IMG/VR virus record: IMGVR_UViG_3300032285_002884
DNA length: 64,000 bases
Strand: one strand, 5' to 3'
Source of the DNA: a virus
Made by a program: the position numbers and the translations under genes. Below the pieces are notes generated by a model. It was not told where the DNA came from and searched no databases. It was given only the letters and a program-made list of their open reading frames with translations. Positions 63,105 to 64,000 of the stretch are shown here, one piece after another; position 1 is the first letter of the stretch, and each line of letters starts with the position of its first letter.

Positions 63105-64000
63105 ATGAGTTTTTCAGTATTCGACGCAACTAACAAGAAGGACTCGACCAAGGTTCGAGCCTTCTTTGACAGCCCTCCAACAATCGCTCGTTATGATAAG
63201 CAGAAGTATCCGTTCCTCGAGAAGTTGACCGAGAAGCAGCTCGGCTTCTTCTGGAGGCCGGAAGAGATCGACGTGTTTCGTGACGGCAAGGACTTTAAGG
63301 CACTGACAGATCATGAGCAGCACATCTTCACTTCTAACCTTAAGCGACAGATCTTACTGGACAGCGTACAGGGTCGCGCTCCTACTGCAGCCTTCGGCCC
63401 AATTTGTAGTCTACCAGAACTAGAGAACTGGATCCTTACATGGGCGTTTAGTGAGTCCATCCACTCGCGCTCCTATACTCACATCATTAGAAACGTATAC
63501 GCTAACCCATCAGTCATCTTCGACGGTATGATGGACATGCAGGAGATCGTCGACTGTGCAGGCGACATCAGCGAGTGCTACGACCAGCTTATCTCCCTCA
63601 ACAACGACGAACTGGTCGGCGGTGGGTACGGACACAAGACAGTCTTGTGGAAGACTCTCATGTCGGTCAACATCCTTGAGGGCGTACGCTTCTACGTCAG
63701 CTTTGCCTGCTCGTGGGCGTTCGCTGAGGTCAAGAAGATGGAGGGCAACGCTAAGATCATCAAGCTGATCGCTCGCGACGAGAATCTCCACCTTGCTGGA
63801 ACCCAGCAGCTGCTCAAGGTACTGCCTACAGACGACCCCGACTTCGCTAAGATCCGCGAGGAGACCAAGGAAGAGTGCATCAATATGTTCATCTCCGCGG
63901 TCGATCAGGAGAAGGCATGGGCTCGCTACCTCTTCAAGGACGGGTCGATGATCGGTCTAAACGAGAAGCTACTGAGTGAATATATAGAGTGGATCGCACA
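63105..64000 (+). CDS. nrdB: Ribonucleotide reductase beta subunit (runs off window)
   Basis: FFWRPEEI, LDSVQGR, ESIHSRSY, LEGVRFYVSF, RDENLH. Confidence 0.96.
   Translation, partial: MSFSVFDATNKKDSTKVRAFFDSPPTIARYDKQKYPFLEKLTEKQLGFFWRPEEIDVFRDGKDFKALTDHEQHIFTSNLKRQILLDSVQGRAPTAAFGPICSLPELENWILTWAFSESIHSRSYTHIIRNVYANPSVIFDGMMDMQEIVDCAGDISECYDQLISLNNDELVGGGYGHKTVLWKTLMSVNILEGVRFYVSFACSWAFAEVKKMEGNAKIIKLIARDENLHLAGTQQLLKVLPTDDPDFAKIREETKEECINMFISAVDQEKAWARYLFKDGSMIGLNEKLLSEYIEWIA

Noticed and set aside
39639-64000. Inteins or introns in gp43, gp41, nrdA, nrdB
   Set aside because: Lengths and motif spacing are normal; no insertions seen.

Overview
A 64 kb segment of a large T4-like (Tevenvirinae-related) myophage genome. 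The host is probably an alphaproteobacterium (Hyphomicrobiales-like), judged from a tRNA-His with G1:U72/A73 and no G-1, a DUF1127 gene, and an 'A-x-D-L-P' outer-membrane protein. Order in the window: (1) clamp loader gp44/gp62 and regA. (2) A minus-strand region (about 3-23 kb) with 29 intact tRNA genes interleaved with glycan/surface-modification genes, two homing endonucleases, an ADP-ribosyltransferase, an ATE1/Bpt-like transferase next to a RimI-like acetyltransferase, and several structured non-coding RNAs. (3) A hyperplastic early region (about 23-37 kb) of small genes in repeated sigma70 promoter cassettes diverging from about 28.9 kb. (4) Spanins, Hsp20, DUF1127, gp43, UvsX, gp41. (5) A late block of probable capsid-internal and structural proteins plus Dps. 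(6) gp61, ThyX, NrdA and partial NrdB. The most striking element is at 20092-20280 (minus strand): a late promoter drives a leaderless 35-codon peptide containing all 20 amino acids, and its stop codon sits in an antiterminator that competes with a terminator directly upstream of a 25-tRNA array covering all amino acids. This looks like a pan-amino-acid attenuator controlling phage tRNA supply. All calls are by eye; no database searches or folding programs were run.
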